DNA of 63,564 nt, the filler included, from Octopus bimaculoides (Eukaryota): NCBI RefSeq assembly GCF_001194135.2. It is 6 parts of 6 records of this genome, joined end to end, with 100 filler letters (N's around TTAATTAATTAA, not from the genome) between each part and the next. Parts side by side here need not be neighbours in the genome. Positions count along the whole stretch, not along the records: positions 23,191 to 47,999 come from NC_069000.1; positions 48,100 to 56,082 come from NC_068991.1; 4 more parts are not named here. One strand, given 5' to 3'. The translations under genes were made by a program, and so were the position numbers. This document shows, piece by piece, positions 36,585 through 48,998 of this stretch; position 1 is the first letter of the stretch; each line of letters begins with the position of its first letter. Under the pieces are notes generated by a model. It was given only the letters and a program-made list of their open reading frames with translations. It had not been told where the DNA came from and searched no databases.

Positions 36585-37030
36585 GATGACAAGTGACTGA
36601 GACTTCTGGCGGTTTGCTGTGCTTGAGATAACACATTGTGACAGTGACACGTAAAAGGCACCTGTGCTGATGACATGTAAAAGATACCCATGCTGGTGAC
36701 ATGTAAAAGGGCACCTGTACCAGTGACACATAAAAGACACTCATGCCAGTGACACGTAATAAGCACCCATGCTAGTGACATGTAAAAGAGTACACGTGCC
36801 AGTGGCATGTAAAAGGCACCTGTGCCAATGACATGTAAGAGGCACCTGTGCCAGTGATACATAATAGGTACCCATCCCAGCAAAACATAAAAAGGACACC
36901 TGTGCTGGAGACACATAAAAGGATACTTGTGCTGGTGACATGCAAACCACACTTAGTACACTCAGTAGAGTGGTTGGCATCAGGAAGGGCATCCAGCTGT
37001 AGAAACCAAGTTAAAACAGACTGGAGCCTA
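36585..37030 (+). mobile_element. Family D retroposon with ~30-bp tandem array (GTGACATGTAAAAGGCACCTGTGCCA-like)
   Basis: About 10 degenerate units followed by GGTTGGCATCAGGAAGGGCATCCAGCTG. Confidence 0.75.
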
Positions 37031-37044
37031 GTGCATATATCCAT

Positions 37045-37228
37045 ACACGTCTGCCGTTACGTTCTGAGTTCAAATTCCGCCGAGGTCGACTTTGCATTTC
37101 ATCCTTTCGGGATCGATAAATTAAGTACCAGTTATGCACAGGGGTCGATGTAATCAACTTAACCCCTTTGTCTGCCCTTGTTTGTCCCCTCTATGTTTAG
37201 CCCCTTGTGGGCAATAAAGAAATAAGAA
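37045..37228 (+). mobile_element. SINE family A (tail A1), 5' truncated
   Basis: B-box, body and tail. Confidence 0.9.
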
Positions 37229-37523
37229 ACTGTATGGAAGCTCATCATGAAAGCTTCTGATACATTGCATTTTTTGAAAGGGTTATTTTGAAGTACAAGA
37301 GTCTGAGAAGTACTGAGCCATTTACTTACTAACTTCAATGAGCAGGGAATTCAGTTAATCCAACAACTGAAGTACTCACAGTTAAAGACCAGGGCAGGAT
37401 CTGACTTACTTTTACCCAAGTTGGCGAAACTAGTCAAGTTAGATGCTACGTGTATAGTCATGCACCATCCTACAATAGTTCAAGCACCTTAAAATCATTT
37501 ATTAATACAGCTGCACACACATG

Positions 37524-37568
<45 letters not shown>

Positions 37569-37577
37569 GTTCTAAAT

Positions 37578-37855
37578 CAGGGGTTTTCAAACTTTTTGAC
37601 TTGCAGACCCCTTTATATTTCAGGCTTTACCTTAGGGACCCCCTTATACATAAACATTTGCTTAAAATAACATATATTTTTACATTTATTTATTTAACAG
37701 TATTTAACAAATAGGTTTATTGTCAATTAAAAGATTTCGATTAAAAAACATATATAAAATCAAATTGCCCATAAAAAGTATTTGCTGTCCACGGACCCCC
37801 TGTCTTGTTCTTGCGGACCCCCTGTGGTCTGCGGACCACAGTTTGAAAACCCCTG
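37578..37855. mobile_element. hAT/Charlie MITE, same family as 34776-35060 in opposite orientation
   Basis: TIRs CAGGGGTTTTCAAAC / GTTTGAAAACCCCTG; perfect TSD TTCTAAAT. Confidence 0.92.
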
Positions 37856-38364
37856 TTCTAAATCATGCATGCATACGCATGTTTACATACTCATGTACGT
37901 GTATTTACATGCATACATGTATACGCAACAACAACACTATGCTAATAAATAATGCTATAACAAACTGAGATGGGTGGGAGGAAGAAGACGGAGGATGAAG
38001 ATGATGGCGATGGTGGTGATGACGATGGTGGTGATGACGATGATGATAATGATAATGACAACGACGGCGAAGGCAAGGAGGGGAGGAGGAGGAGGAGGGG
38101 AAAAGAAGAAGAAACAACTTTATCATTTTAGTAATTAAGTCAAACTGTGGAAGCTGAGCAGTTTCTCTAATTTCTCGATGCTTATATATGCATATGTATG
38201 TCTCTCTCTTATTGTCTCTTTGGGTTTCTTTCTCTCTACATAAATACATACATACATTAATATGCACACACATACACATATGTATATATATATGTGTGTA
38301 TGGATATATGTATGTACGAGGGGAAGTCAAAAATTATCCACACTTTCGCCATGACATATCTCTT

Positions 38365-38748
38365 TTACTCTTTTACTCTTTTACTTGTTTCAGTCATTAG
38401 ACTGCGGCCATGCTGGAGCACCACCTTTTGTCAAGCAAATCGACTTATTCTAGTACTTATTCTATCGGTCTCTTTTGCCGAACTGCTAAGTTACGGAGAC
38501 GTAAACACACCAGCATCGGTTGTCAAGCGATGGTGGTGGGACAAACACAGACGCACAAACACACACATATATATATACATATACATATATACGATGGGCT
38601 TCTTTCAGTTTCCATCTACCAAATCCACTCACAAGGTTTTGGTCGGCCCAAGGCTATAGTAGAAGACACTTGCCCAAAGTGCGATGCAGTGGGACTGAAC
38701 CCGGAACCATGTGGTTGGTAAGCAAGCTACTTACCACACAGCCACTCC
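38365..38748 (-). mobile_element. SINE family B full length
   Basis: Complement of head, body and (TTTTACTC)n tail. Confidence 0.92.
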
Positions 38749-38953
38749 TGGTCACACTGCCTTGTACACATGCATGCTTATAGTTGGTACTATTGTGTTC
38801 ACGTGATACAAGTTTGAGCCTGATCGAGCCATTTTTCTTTCTGGCTTTACACTGTAAAGCCAGAAAGGTCACTCCACTAGCAATTCATATATGTATATAT
38901 TTATATGCAAACACACATATACATGTATGTAAGTATCTATTTATACATGTGTG

Positions 38954-39012
<59 letters not shown>

Positions 39013-39269
39013 TTTATTATTATGCACAGAGAAATTAGGGAAACCACTCAGCTTCTACAATTTGACTTAATTACTAAAATGATAAAGCTGTTTCTTCTTC
39101 TTTTCCTCCTCCTCCTCCTCCTTGCCGTCGTCGTCATCGTCGTCATTGTCGTTGTCATCGTTATCATCATCATCACCACCAACACCGCCACCACCATCGT
39201 CATCATCCATTTTCTTCCTCCTCCAACCCATTTCAGTTTGTTATATCATTATTTATTTGCATAACGTTG

Positions 39270-39700
39270 TTGTTGTTTAACCCTCGATCAACCTTGATTG
39301 ATAGACTTATGATCCAAGAGCTTCCAATCATGGCCACCCCATCGTTTTCTCTCTACAAAGAACCCATGATTACATTATCCATTATATTAAGGCGACGAGC
39401 TGGCAGAAACGTTAGCATGCCGGGCAAAATGCTTAGCGGTATTTCAACTGTCTTTATGTTCTGAGTTCAAATTCCGCTGAGGTCAACTTTGCCTTTAATC
39501 CTTTCGAGGTTGATAAGTTAAGTACCAGTTGTGTATTGGGTCGGTCTAATCGACTGGCCCCCTCCCCCAAAATTTTGGGCCTTGTACCTAGAGTAGGAAA
39601 GATTATTCATTATATTCCTTTTAAGACATTAATGTGTGATTTGAAGAAAGCTTTACTACTTTTTCTAGCATTTCAAGTGACCACACATAAGCTTCCCCAT
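39270..39700 (-). mobile_element. Family E repeat interrupted by a SINE
   Basis: TTGTTGTTTAACCC tail complement; TTAAGACATTAATGTGTGATTTGA. Confidence 0.6.
39389..39601 (+). mobile_element. SINE family A (tail A2)
   Basis: 15-bp TSD ATTAT(C/T)CATTATATT at 39374-39388 and 39602-39616. Confidence 0.92.
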
Positions 39701-39846
39701 TAGCTTGATTGGTTTCCTCTATAATATTATGTTCTTTGGCATTTTGTACAGCTGTTGTTGCTTCAACTCAGGTCAGCTCTTGGACATTGGCTGTTCTTTC
39801 TAGTATACTGATACTTGTAGAAGCACCTGTATTAACATATTTTTTA

Positions 39847-39894
39847 TATATTACCGAAGAAGTCCAGCAGACTGAAATCACTTGATTTGGTAGA
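39847..39894 (+). ncRNA. Type I hammerhead ribozyme, partly decayed (U4C)
   Basis: UAUUA-CCGAAGA-AGUC(CAGCA)GACU-GAAA-UCACUUGAUU^UGGUA; stem I has 2 GU pairs. Confidence 0.7.
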
Positions 39895-40179
39895 TTTTGG
39901 TGCCTATAATGGATGATTCTCATCTGCTACGATATTTGTCTGTCCTTTTATGCATCATGCATCTCTATGAGAGGATCTCATAATGCTAATGTCACGGTAT
40001 TCAGCGTTCTTACAAGACAGCCACATTAAATTGGGTATAAAGATTTCCTTTTGGTGCTAATATAGATGCCGTCACGCATAATTATTTTTCAATAAACTTG
40101 CTGGCTATTTGTGACTGGAAAGACACTAATATTCTACATACTGTGTCAGTGAGATTTGGCTGATATGAGGCCACTGGAT

Positions 40180-40229
40180 ACCTGCCACTGAAGAAGTCCA
40201 GTAGACTGAAATCACCTGATCTGGCAGGT
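40180..40229 (+). ncRNA. Type I hammerhead ribozyme, canonical
   Basis: ACCUGCCA-CUGAAGA-AGUC(CAGUA)GACU-GAAA-UCACCUGAUC^UGGCAGGU; stem I 8 bp, stem II 4 bp, AUC triplet. Confidence 0.9.
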
Positions 40230-40429
40230 CCAGCACCCATAGCAATTGGTTCTTTGTCTACTACAATATGTCAGTGCTGTTTTGCACCATGTTTCTATAT
40301 GAGAGGACCTGTCAATGCTAATACTGCAGTTTTTTGGAATTTCAACAAGTCATCCTCATTAAAGTGGATATAAAAATTGCCCTTTGGTACTGATATAAAT
40401 TCTGTTACTGATACTTATTATTTAATAAA

Positions 40430-40855
40430 TTCGGCTTGCGAAGACCTGTTGGGGCAAGCGAAAGTGAAATCGTGATGACACCTGTGCCCAGCGTCGCCTT
40501 CCTGGTACTTGTGCCGGTGGCACATGTAAAGACATTTGAGCGAGATCGTTGCCAGTGCCGCTGAACTGGCTCCTGTGCAGGTGACACGTAAAATACACCA
40601 TTTTGAGTGTGGCCGTTGCTGGGAGTGGTTGGTATTAGGAAGGGCGTCCAGCTGTAAAAACCTTGCCAAATCAGATTGGTGCATGTAAAAGCACCCACTA
40701 CACTCTCGGAGTGGTTGGCATTAGGAAGGGCATCCAGCTGTAGAAACTCTGCCAAATCAGATTGGAGCCTGGTGTAGCTATCTGGTTCATCAGTCCTTAG
40801 TCAAATTGTCCAACCCATGCTAGCATGGAAAGCGGATGTTAAACGATGATGATGA
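40430..40855 (+). mobile_element. Family D retroposon inserted in retrozyme unit 2
   Basis: Duplicated GGAGTGGTTGG.ATTAGGAAGGGC block and (GAT)n tail; flanks rejoin to match unit 1. Confidence 0.85.
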
Positions 40856-41469
40856 CTGACTATTTGTGACAACAGTGACTGAAAGGACACTAATGGCAGC
40901 AAGAATTAGCTGAAATCATGTACTCTGGCAGTTCTGGTACCTATAAAAGATGCTTCTTGTCTGCTATAATATATATCTGTACTTTTATGCACTTTTATGC
41001 TTCTATATAAAAGGACCTTGCAAGGTGAGTACTGCAGTATTTGGCACTCTAACAAGACGTCTATGTTAAGTTTGGATATAAAGATTGCTTTGGTTCTAAG
41101 ATTGCTTCCATCGTGAATAACTGTTTTTTATTATTGTTCTTGTTACTATTGTTATTTTTGTTGTTGTTGCAGATATTAAGATTAACCCTTCTGTTACCAT
41201 ATTTCTGTAGAAAACCACTGCTTTCGTTTCAACTAATTTTGAAAATTATGAAGAATTTAGTTAAATAACCTTATCATTATTAAGCTGGTGGTTTGGCGCA
41301 TAAATTAACATGAAATTTTGATGGAAGGTTTTAACTGAGATCCCTTCAAAGCTGAAGCTTCTGTCATAAAACCAAGGGTCGTCTCAGGCAGGTTTGCATT
41401 AAAAACCTGTGCTGTTCCTGTCATTGTTGTGGTTGTTATGACTGTTGTTAATGTTGTTAGTGCTGCTGT

Positions 41470-41665
41470 TGTTCTTGTGATTATTTAATCCCAGGTCAGC
41501 CCCTATTCCGTAGATCTGTCATCAAAGCCTTTCTAGCCATGACCTTCCTAACCTTACCAATAACTACGTCTACACAGTGTATAATCTGCCCTTCCTTTTC
41601 AAAAAGGGTCATTTGTTGATTTCACGAAAACTTTGACTGTTATTTCTAGCAGGTCAAGCGTTCGT
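41470..41665 (-). mobile_element. Family E repeat
   Basis: CCCAGGTCAGCCC...TATTTCTAGCAGGTCAAGCG. Confidence 0.6.
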
Positions 41666-42107
41666 GGTTCATGTTCTTGCTTTATATTTTCTTTCCATAT
41701 TGTGACAGGGCAGCTTATTCCACAATTACTGACCCACATGTCATGTAATAATAGATTGGGAAGAGTTTGTAGCATGGTCCACTGGATTACTTTAATATTT
41801 AAACTAGTATTGAAGCCACACCTCCACTTTCTCTTCCACTCACTGACGATCTTCTGGTATTCTAAACACACGCATACAAATATGCATACACACACACACA
41901 CACACACACATGCAAACTTAAGGAAATAAGAACACTGCATATAGCTGTATGCGTGTGTGTATGTGTTTGTGTGTGCATGCATGTGCATGTGTATGTGTGT
42001 GTATGTGAGTGCATAGCAATCTCACTCTCTCTCTCTCTATCCATCCATCCATCCATCCATCCATCCATCTGTCTGTCTGTTTATGTATGTATGTATGTAT
42101 GTTTGTA

Positions 42108-42196
<89 letters not shown>

Positions 42197-43380
42197 TTTT
42201 CTCTCTCTCTCTCTCTCTCTATCNNNNNNNNNNNNNNNNNNNNNNNNNNNNNNNNNNNNNNNNNNNNNNNNNNNNNNNNNNNNNNNNNNNNNNNNNNNNN
42301 NNNNNNNNNNNNNNNNNNNNNNNNNNNNNNNNNNNNNNNNNNNNNNNNNNNNNNNNNNNNNNNNNNNNNNNNNNNNNNNNNNNNNNNNNNNNNNNNNNNN
42401 NNNNNNNNNNNNNNNNNNNNNNNNNNNNNNNNNNNNNNNNNNNNNNNNNNNNNNNNNNNNNNNNNNNNNNNNNNNNNNNNNNNNNNNNNNNNNNNNNNNN
42501 NNNNNNNNNNNNNNNNNNNNNNNNNNNNNNNNNNNNNNNNNNNNNNNNNNNNNNNNNNNNNNNNNNNNNNNNNNNNNNNNNNNNNNNNNNNNNNNNNNNN
42601 NNNNNNNNNNNNNNNNNNNNNNNNNNNNNNNNNNNNNNNNNNNNNNNNNNNNNNNNNNNNNNNNNNNNNNNNNNNNNNNNNNNNNNNNNNNNNNNNNNNN
42701 NNNNNNNNNNNNNNNNNNNNNNNNNNNNNNNNNNNNNNNNNNNNNNNNNNNNNNNNNNNNNNNNNNNNNNNNNNNNNNNNNNNNNNNNNNNNNNNNNNNN
42801 NNNNNNNNNNNNNNNNNNNNNNNNNNTATATATATATATATATACATGTATATACATACATATATATGTATGTATATATATATGCACACAACAGACATAT
42901 ATACATACGTACAGTTGTGTTCATACATCCAAACACATACACATACACACATATATACACACATATATACACACACAGTATTTCTTTTAATTATTATCTT
43001 CCCCTCCTTCACTACCATCATGTAGGGTTGTAGTAGGAGGAGAGAAGTTATGAGTTTCCTGATTTATTTCATGGATGACTGCATTTGTTGGAAATAATGT
43101 CAATTCTAAGAACATTGGAAAATTATCTCATACCAGAATCATCTATAGAATATATATATGTACGCTAATATGTTTAAGTATAAATATATATATAAATACA
43201 CGCATATATATACATATATTCATATATAAATACGTCTCTTTAAACACACCTGCATGGATAGGTACGTGTGTTTCTGCAAATGAATATGTATGTATATGTG
43301 TGTGTATAGAAATATATACATATACATATACACCCATGCTAGCATGGAATGCAGACGTTAAACGACGATGATGATGATGA

Positions 43381-43415
<35 letters not shown>

Positions 43416-43910
43416 NNNNNNNNNNNNNNNNNNNNNNNNNNNNNNNNNNNNNNNNNNNNNNNNNNNNNNNNNNNNNNNNNNNNNNNNNNNNNNNNNNNNN
43501 NNNNNNNNNNNNNNNNNNNNNNNNNNNNNNNNNNNNNNNNNNNNNNNNNNNNNNNNNNNNNNNNNNNNNNNNNNNNNNNNNNNNNNNNNNNNNNNNNNNN
43601 NNNNNNNNNNNNNNNNNNNNNNNNNNNNNNNNNNNNNNNNNNNNNNNNNNNNNNNNNNNNNNNNNNNNNNNNNNNNNNNNNNNNNNNNNNNNNNNNNNNN
43701 NNNNNNNNNNNNNNNNNNNNNNNNNNNNNNNNNNNNNNNNNNNNNNNNNNNNNNNNNNNNNNNNNNNNNNNNNNNNNNNNNNNNNNNNNNNNNNNNNNNN
43801 NNNNNNNNNNNNNNNNNNNNNNNNNNNNNNNNNNNNNNNNNNNNNNNNNNNNNNNNNNNNNNNNNNNNNNNNNNNNNNNNNNNNNNNNNNNNNNNNNNNN
43901 NNNNNNNNNN

Positions 43911-43951
<41 letters not shown>

Positions 43952-44191
43952 GTATATTAATAAATATTTTGTGTTTAACATTCTAAGCTAAATTTAATGT
44001 AGTTAAATGACAGTTTTTAAAGCAACTGCTGTTGAACTTAAACAAATTTAAATGCATCTTGTTCTCTTTGCATATTGAAAAAGAAAATTTCTGAGTGTGA
44101 AGAAAACAAGACATATATGTGTTTGTGCATGTATATACATACATACATGCATACATACATACATACATGCATACATACATACATACATGCA

Positions 44192-44227
<36 letters not shown>

Positions 44228-44598
44228 TAAATGTATGTACATACACACATATATATGTGTATGTATATGTGCTTACCTGTATGTATGTGTCTGTGTCAGT
44301 GACTCATTGTCTTCACATTTGCATAATTGTTGTAAATGGGTGTCATCATTATACAAGCAATGTTGTAGGTTTCCAGTCTTCCATGAAAATATGTTTGGCC
44401 TGGATGAAAGGTTATCTTACTGGGCAGCAAGGGAGTATGAGTGACAAAAGATAAAATGTTTGCTATACTGTACCTAGTAAGTTAATATTTCTCCATGACC
44501 GGACATGTTTTCACAGAAGATTGGATATGAAGGACACTGGTTGTATAATGATGCTCATTTTACAACTATCACGCAATGTCAAGGCAAGGAGACACTAA

Positions 44599-44634
<36 letters not shown>

Positions 44635-44669
44635 CACACATGCATGCACACACACATACACACAATGAG

Positions 44670-44815
44670 CTTCTTACAGTTTTCATTCACCAAACTCACT
44701 TCCAAGCCTTGGGTTGGCCCAGGGCTGTAATTGAAGACATTTGCTCAAGGTACCATGCAATGGGACTGAACCCCAAAACATGTGGCTGGGAAGCTAACTT
44801 CTTACCACACAGCTA
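44670..44815 (-). mobile_element. SINE family B, 5' half, degenerate
   Basis: GGGACTGAACCC, CTTACCACACAGC. Confidence 0.75.
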
Positions 44816-46056
44816 CTCTCAAAATAACCCTCTGACTGAGTCAGTGAGAATAGAATGATAAAGACAGAACTTTGAATTTCAGAAGTAATACGGAAAAATT
44901 TGGATAAGTACTGTTTTCACTTTGCTAAAGATTTTCTACTATTTGAAAATAATATGTATTCTTGTTTTTATACTATTCATTTGGTTCTTTATAGATTATT
45001 TTAATAGATAACTTATTTAACACTATATTATTTAGAAGTTATAGTTTCATTTCAACATAATATTAGAACTTCGATTGGAATAGTGTTGATATATTTTCGA
45101 TTATTTNNNNNNNNNNNNNNNNNNNNNNNNNNNNNNNNNNNNNNNNNNNNNNNNNNNNNNNNNNNNNNNNNNNNNNNNNNNNNNNNNNNNNNNNNNNNNN
45201 NNNNNNNNNNNNNNNNNNNNNNNNNNNNNNNNNNNNNNNNNNNNNNNNNNNNNNNNNNNNNNNNNNNNNNNNNNNNNNNNNNNNNNNNNNNNNNNNNNNN
45301 NNNNNNNNNNNNNNNNNNNNNNNNNNNNNNNNNNNNNNNNNNNNNNNNNNNNNNNNNNNNNNNNNNNNNNNNNNNNNNNNNNNNNNNNNNNNNNNNNNNN
45401 NNNNNNNNNNNNNNNNNNNNNNNNNNNNNNNNNNNNNNNNNNNNNNNNNNNNNNNNNNNNNNNNNNNNNNNNNNNNNNNNNNNNNNNNNNNNNNNNNNNN
45501 NNNNNNNNNNNNNNNNNNNNNNNNNNNNNNNNNNNNNNNNNNNNNNNNNNNNNNNNNNNNNNNNNNNNNNNNNNNNNNNNNNNNNNNNNNNNNNNNNNNN
45601 NNNNNNNNNNNNNNNNNNNNNNNNNNNNNNNNNNNNNNNNNNNNNNNNNNNNNNNNNNNNNNNNNNNNNNNNNNNNNNNNNNNNNNNNNNNNNNNNNNNN
45701 NNNNNNNNNNNNNNNNNNNNNNNNNNNNNNNNNNNNNNNNNNNNNNNNNNNNNNNNNNNNNNNNNNNNNNNNNNNNNNNNNNNNNNNNNNNNNNNNNNNN
45801 NNNNNNNNNNNNNNNNNNNNNNNNNNNNNNNNNNNNNNNNNNNNNNNNNNNNNNNNNNNNNNNNNNNNNNNNNNNNNNNNNNNNNNNNNNNNNNNNNNNN
45901 NNNNNNNNNNNNNNNNNNNNNNNNNNNNNNNNNNNNNNNNNNNNNNNNNNNNNNNNNNNNNNNNNNNNNNNNNNNNNNNNNNNNNNNNNNNNNNNNNNNN
46001 NNNNNNNNNNNNNNNNNNNNNNNNNNNNNNNNNNNNNNNNNNNNNNNNNNNNNNNN

Positions 46057-46097
<41 letters not shown>

Positions 46098-48956
46098 CAT
46101 ACACACACACATATATATATATATGTTACAGAGTGAACAAAAAGATTTACCTTTATCATTCACACTGTAACGATGAACTGTATTTCATTCTGTTCTCAGA
46201 GAATCCTCTTGTAAACACGTTTAAAGAACGCATTTATCATTGCAAGCATTGGCAAAGACATACCTTTAGTTACTATAAATGATTTCTACCATTCTATAAA
46301 ATTCGACCTTTTACTGTCTTCTTACATTTCACTTCCACTAAATATATCTATTTCCGCACCTTTAATCTTTATTCCTATTCATCTATTGCACTATATTTCT
46401 CCACTTTTAATTGTCTGCTAATTTCTTTCTTTCTCCTCTTTCTCTTTCTATAAACTGCCTTTGATGTTATATCTATTAACGGTTTTTTTATAACGTACCA
46501 GCGTCCCCTTCAACATATATGGAGTAATCACATTCATTTAAAATGTCTTATTGATGCGTTTTGTTTTATCTATGTTACAAAACCATTTCACCAAGACCTG
46601 GAATTTCTCCCTTTATAAGTAGGCTGTTACATCTTCGGTACTTATGTGAATTTTCGCTACCCTGGTAACTATTTATTTATTTTTTCCATGTTATTTGTAA
46701 AAACACTGATAAAAAGACACATACATTTATATATATATATATAAATGTATGTGTTGTCAACATTCCTGTCACAGCGTGGGACCTAGAGGACTGCTAAAAT
46801 GCAAGAAAGTATACTAGTCCCTTAATATTTAATACTTAATATTTAATATTCAATATTCAATATTTCATTTATTCAATAAGACAATCAAAACTTCATTTCA
46901 TTTTACTGAATATATTATATATTCTATATCCTACATTAATATTATAAGAATATAAATAAAACATAAAAAAACAGACAGATTTGGAATTCCTTTGAATAAT
47001 ATATTCCTCAATACTATCATACANNNNNNNNNNNNNNNNNNNNNNNNNNNNNNNNNNNNNNNNNNNNNNNNNNNNNNNNNNNNNNNNNNNNNNNNNNNNN
47101 NNNNNNNNNNNNNNNNNNNNNNNNNNNNNNNNNNNNNNNNNNNNNNNNNNNNNNNNNNNNNNNNNNNNNNNNNNNNNNNNNNNNNNNNNNNNNNNNNNNN
47201 NNTATATATATATGTATATAGTTCATAGATGAGAATCAAATATTCTCTATAAAGAATACACTTAAGAGGTTTTAAAGATGAGTAGATAGAGAAGTATATG
47301 TAAGGATAAGCAAGTTAGGCAGGTCAATATACAAAGTATATTAAATTCATGAAATATGAAAAATGTATGTGTGTTTACATACAAAAAAATGTCTGGCTTA
47401 CACAGAATAGAAATGATATCAAGAATTAAAGGCGCTGAAGAAAAGTATTACAAAGCCAACTGTTGTTTCTGGGGACTCAGTGGTCCAAAATAATGTTTGT
47501 AGATTGATTCCATCATTGGATGAGACAAACCTCCATTATCAAGGTAAGAGGTCTTACATTTCAGGTGTTGACAGAAAAAAATTCAAAGAGGGAAATTTCT
47601 TTATATTTTACACACACACACACACACACAATATATATATATATACATAGTATATATACATATATATGTATGTGTGTCTGTATATGAATACATATATATC
47701 TATCTATCTAATACCTACATACATATATTTCAGTTTCCTATTACCAATTCCACCAACACAGTTTTGGTTGATCCAGGGATATAGTTGAAGATACTCACTT
47801 ATGGTGCTACACAGTAGGACTTATATATATATATATGAATCATATTTTGAAGAACCTATAAGAATAGGTGCAAGCGCTAATATTTATAAAACATATGACA
47901 TATTAATAAAAATCTGTAAATGTACAACCATCCAGATATTTGAGTACCTTATTATTTTTTCCAATATATAATTCCTGTACAACACCTCCAAACCTTCCAN
48001 NNNNNNNNNNNNNNNNNNNNNNNNNNNNNNNNNNNNNNNNNNNTTAATTAATTAANNNNNNNNNNNNNNNNNNNNNNNNNNNNNNNNNNNNNNNNNNNNT
48101 GTACAAAATTTCATGAAAAAATATTCATTTTCCTGGAAGTTATGAGGAATTTAAGTGGAATTTCCGAATATTGTACCCCACCCCCTTCCAAAACACTTTC
48201 ACCGAAAATCTTTGTATATTTGGAATCTACATAATAAATAATATATGCATAGAAAATTTCATTAAAAAATATTCATTTTTATGAAAGTTATGACCTTCCA
48301 AAGTTGGGGGATACAACTCTGTAGTTATGCCATCAATGTTTTGTAAATATACCACGATGTGAATGATTGTTTACTTGCACGTGTATACGTTTGAGAGAGC
48401 GAGAGAGGAAGAGGGGGAGAAATGAATAGAGATTGAGAGCAATGTGTATGTTGTTGTCACAGCTTTAGATAGTAGTAACAATTATAAAGGAAAAATAAGG
48501 ATAGCAAAGATAGTAATAACGTGAAAAGAATGCGGAAATATCATAAAACTCTTTGTATACATAACCAAAGAGATATCTACACTAATTCATGAGAGTGTGT
48601 TCAATTTGTGGAAGTGATTGTTGTGCACTAAAAATTGCTGTAAGTATAACCATATATCATTTATAAGAATTTAGTTAATATAGGTAGATTTGTAAGAGAC
48701 ATAAAAAAAGAATTTTAAAAAAAATGTGATAGAGGAAGTATTTTTTTTCAAGAAATACATATATAAATGGAAAATATTAAGTGTAAGAAGGAAGAATAAA
48801 AATAGAGAGAAGGGAGTAAAAATAATAAAGGAAAATAAAAATAAAGAAGATATGTTAGGTTAAAAATATACACCGAAAAATATTAAAGAATGTTGTGTAT
48901 ATCAATAGTAAATATAAAGGTTAAAATATCAAATAGATTGGCAACAATTGATTATG

Positions 48957-48998
<42 letters not shown>

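Larger units (their letters stand above)
39847..41130 (+). mobile_element. Tandem array of ~3 retrozyme-like units, period 334 nt
   Basis: HHR cores at 39854 and 40188; unit bodies align; a third partial unit from ~40890; unit 2 is interrupted by family D. Confidence 0.82.

Noticed and set aside
47411-47547. Possible exon ending CAAG|GTAAGA
   Set aside because: There is an in-frame TGA just after the only nearby AG, and no pyrimidine tract.
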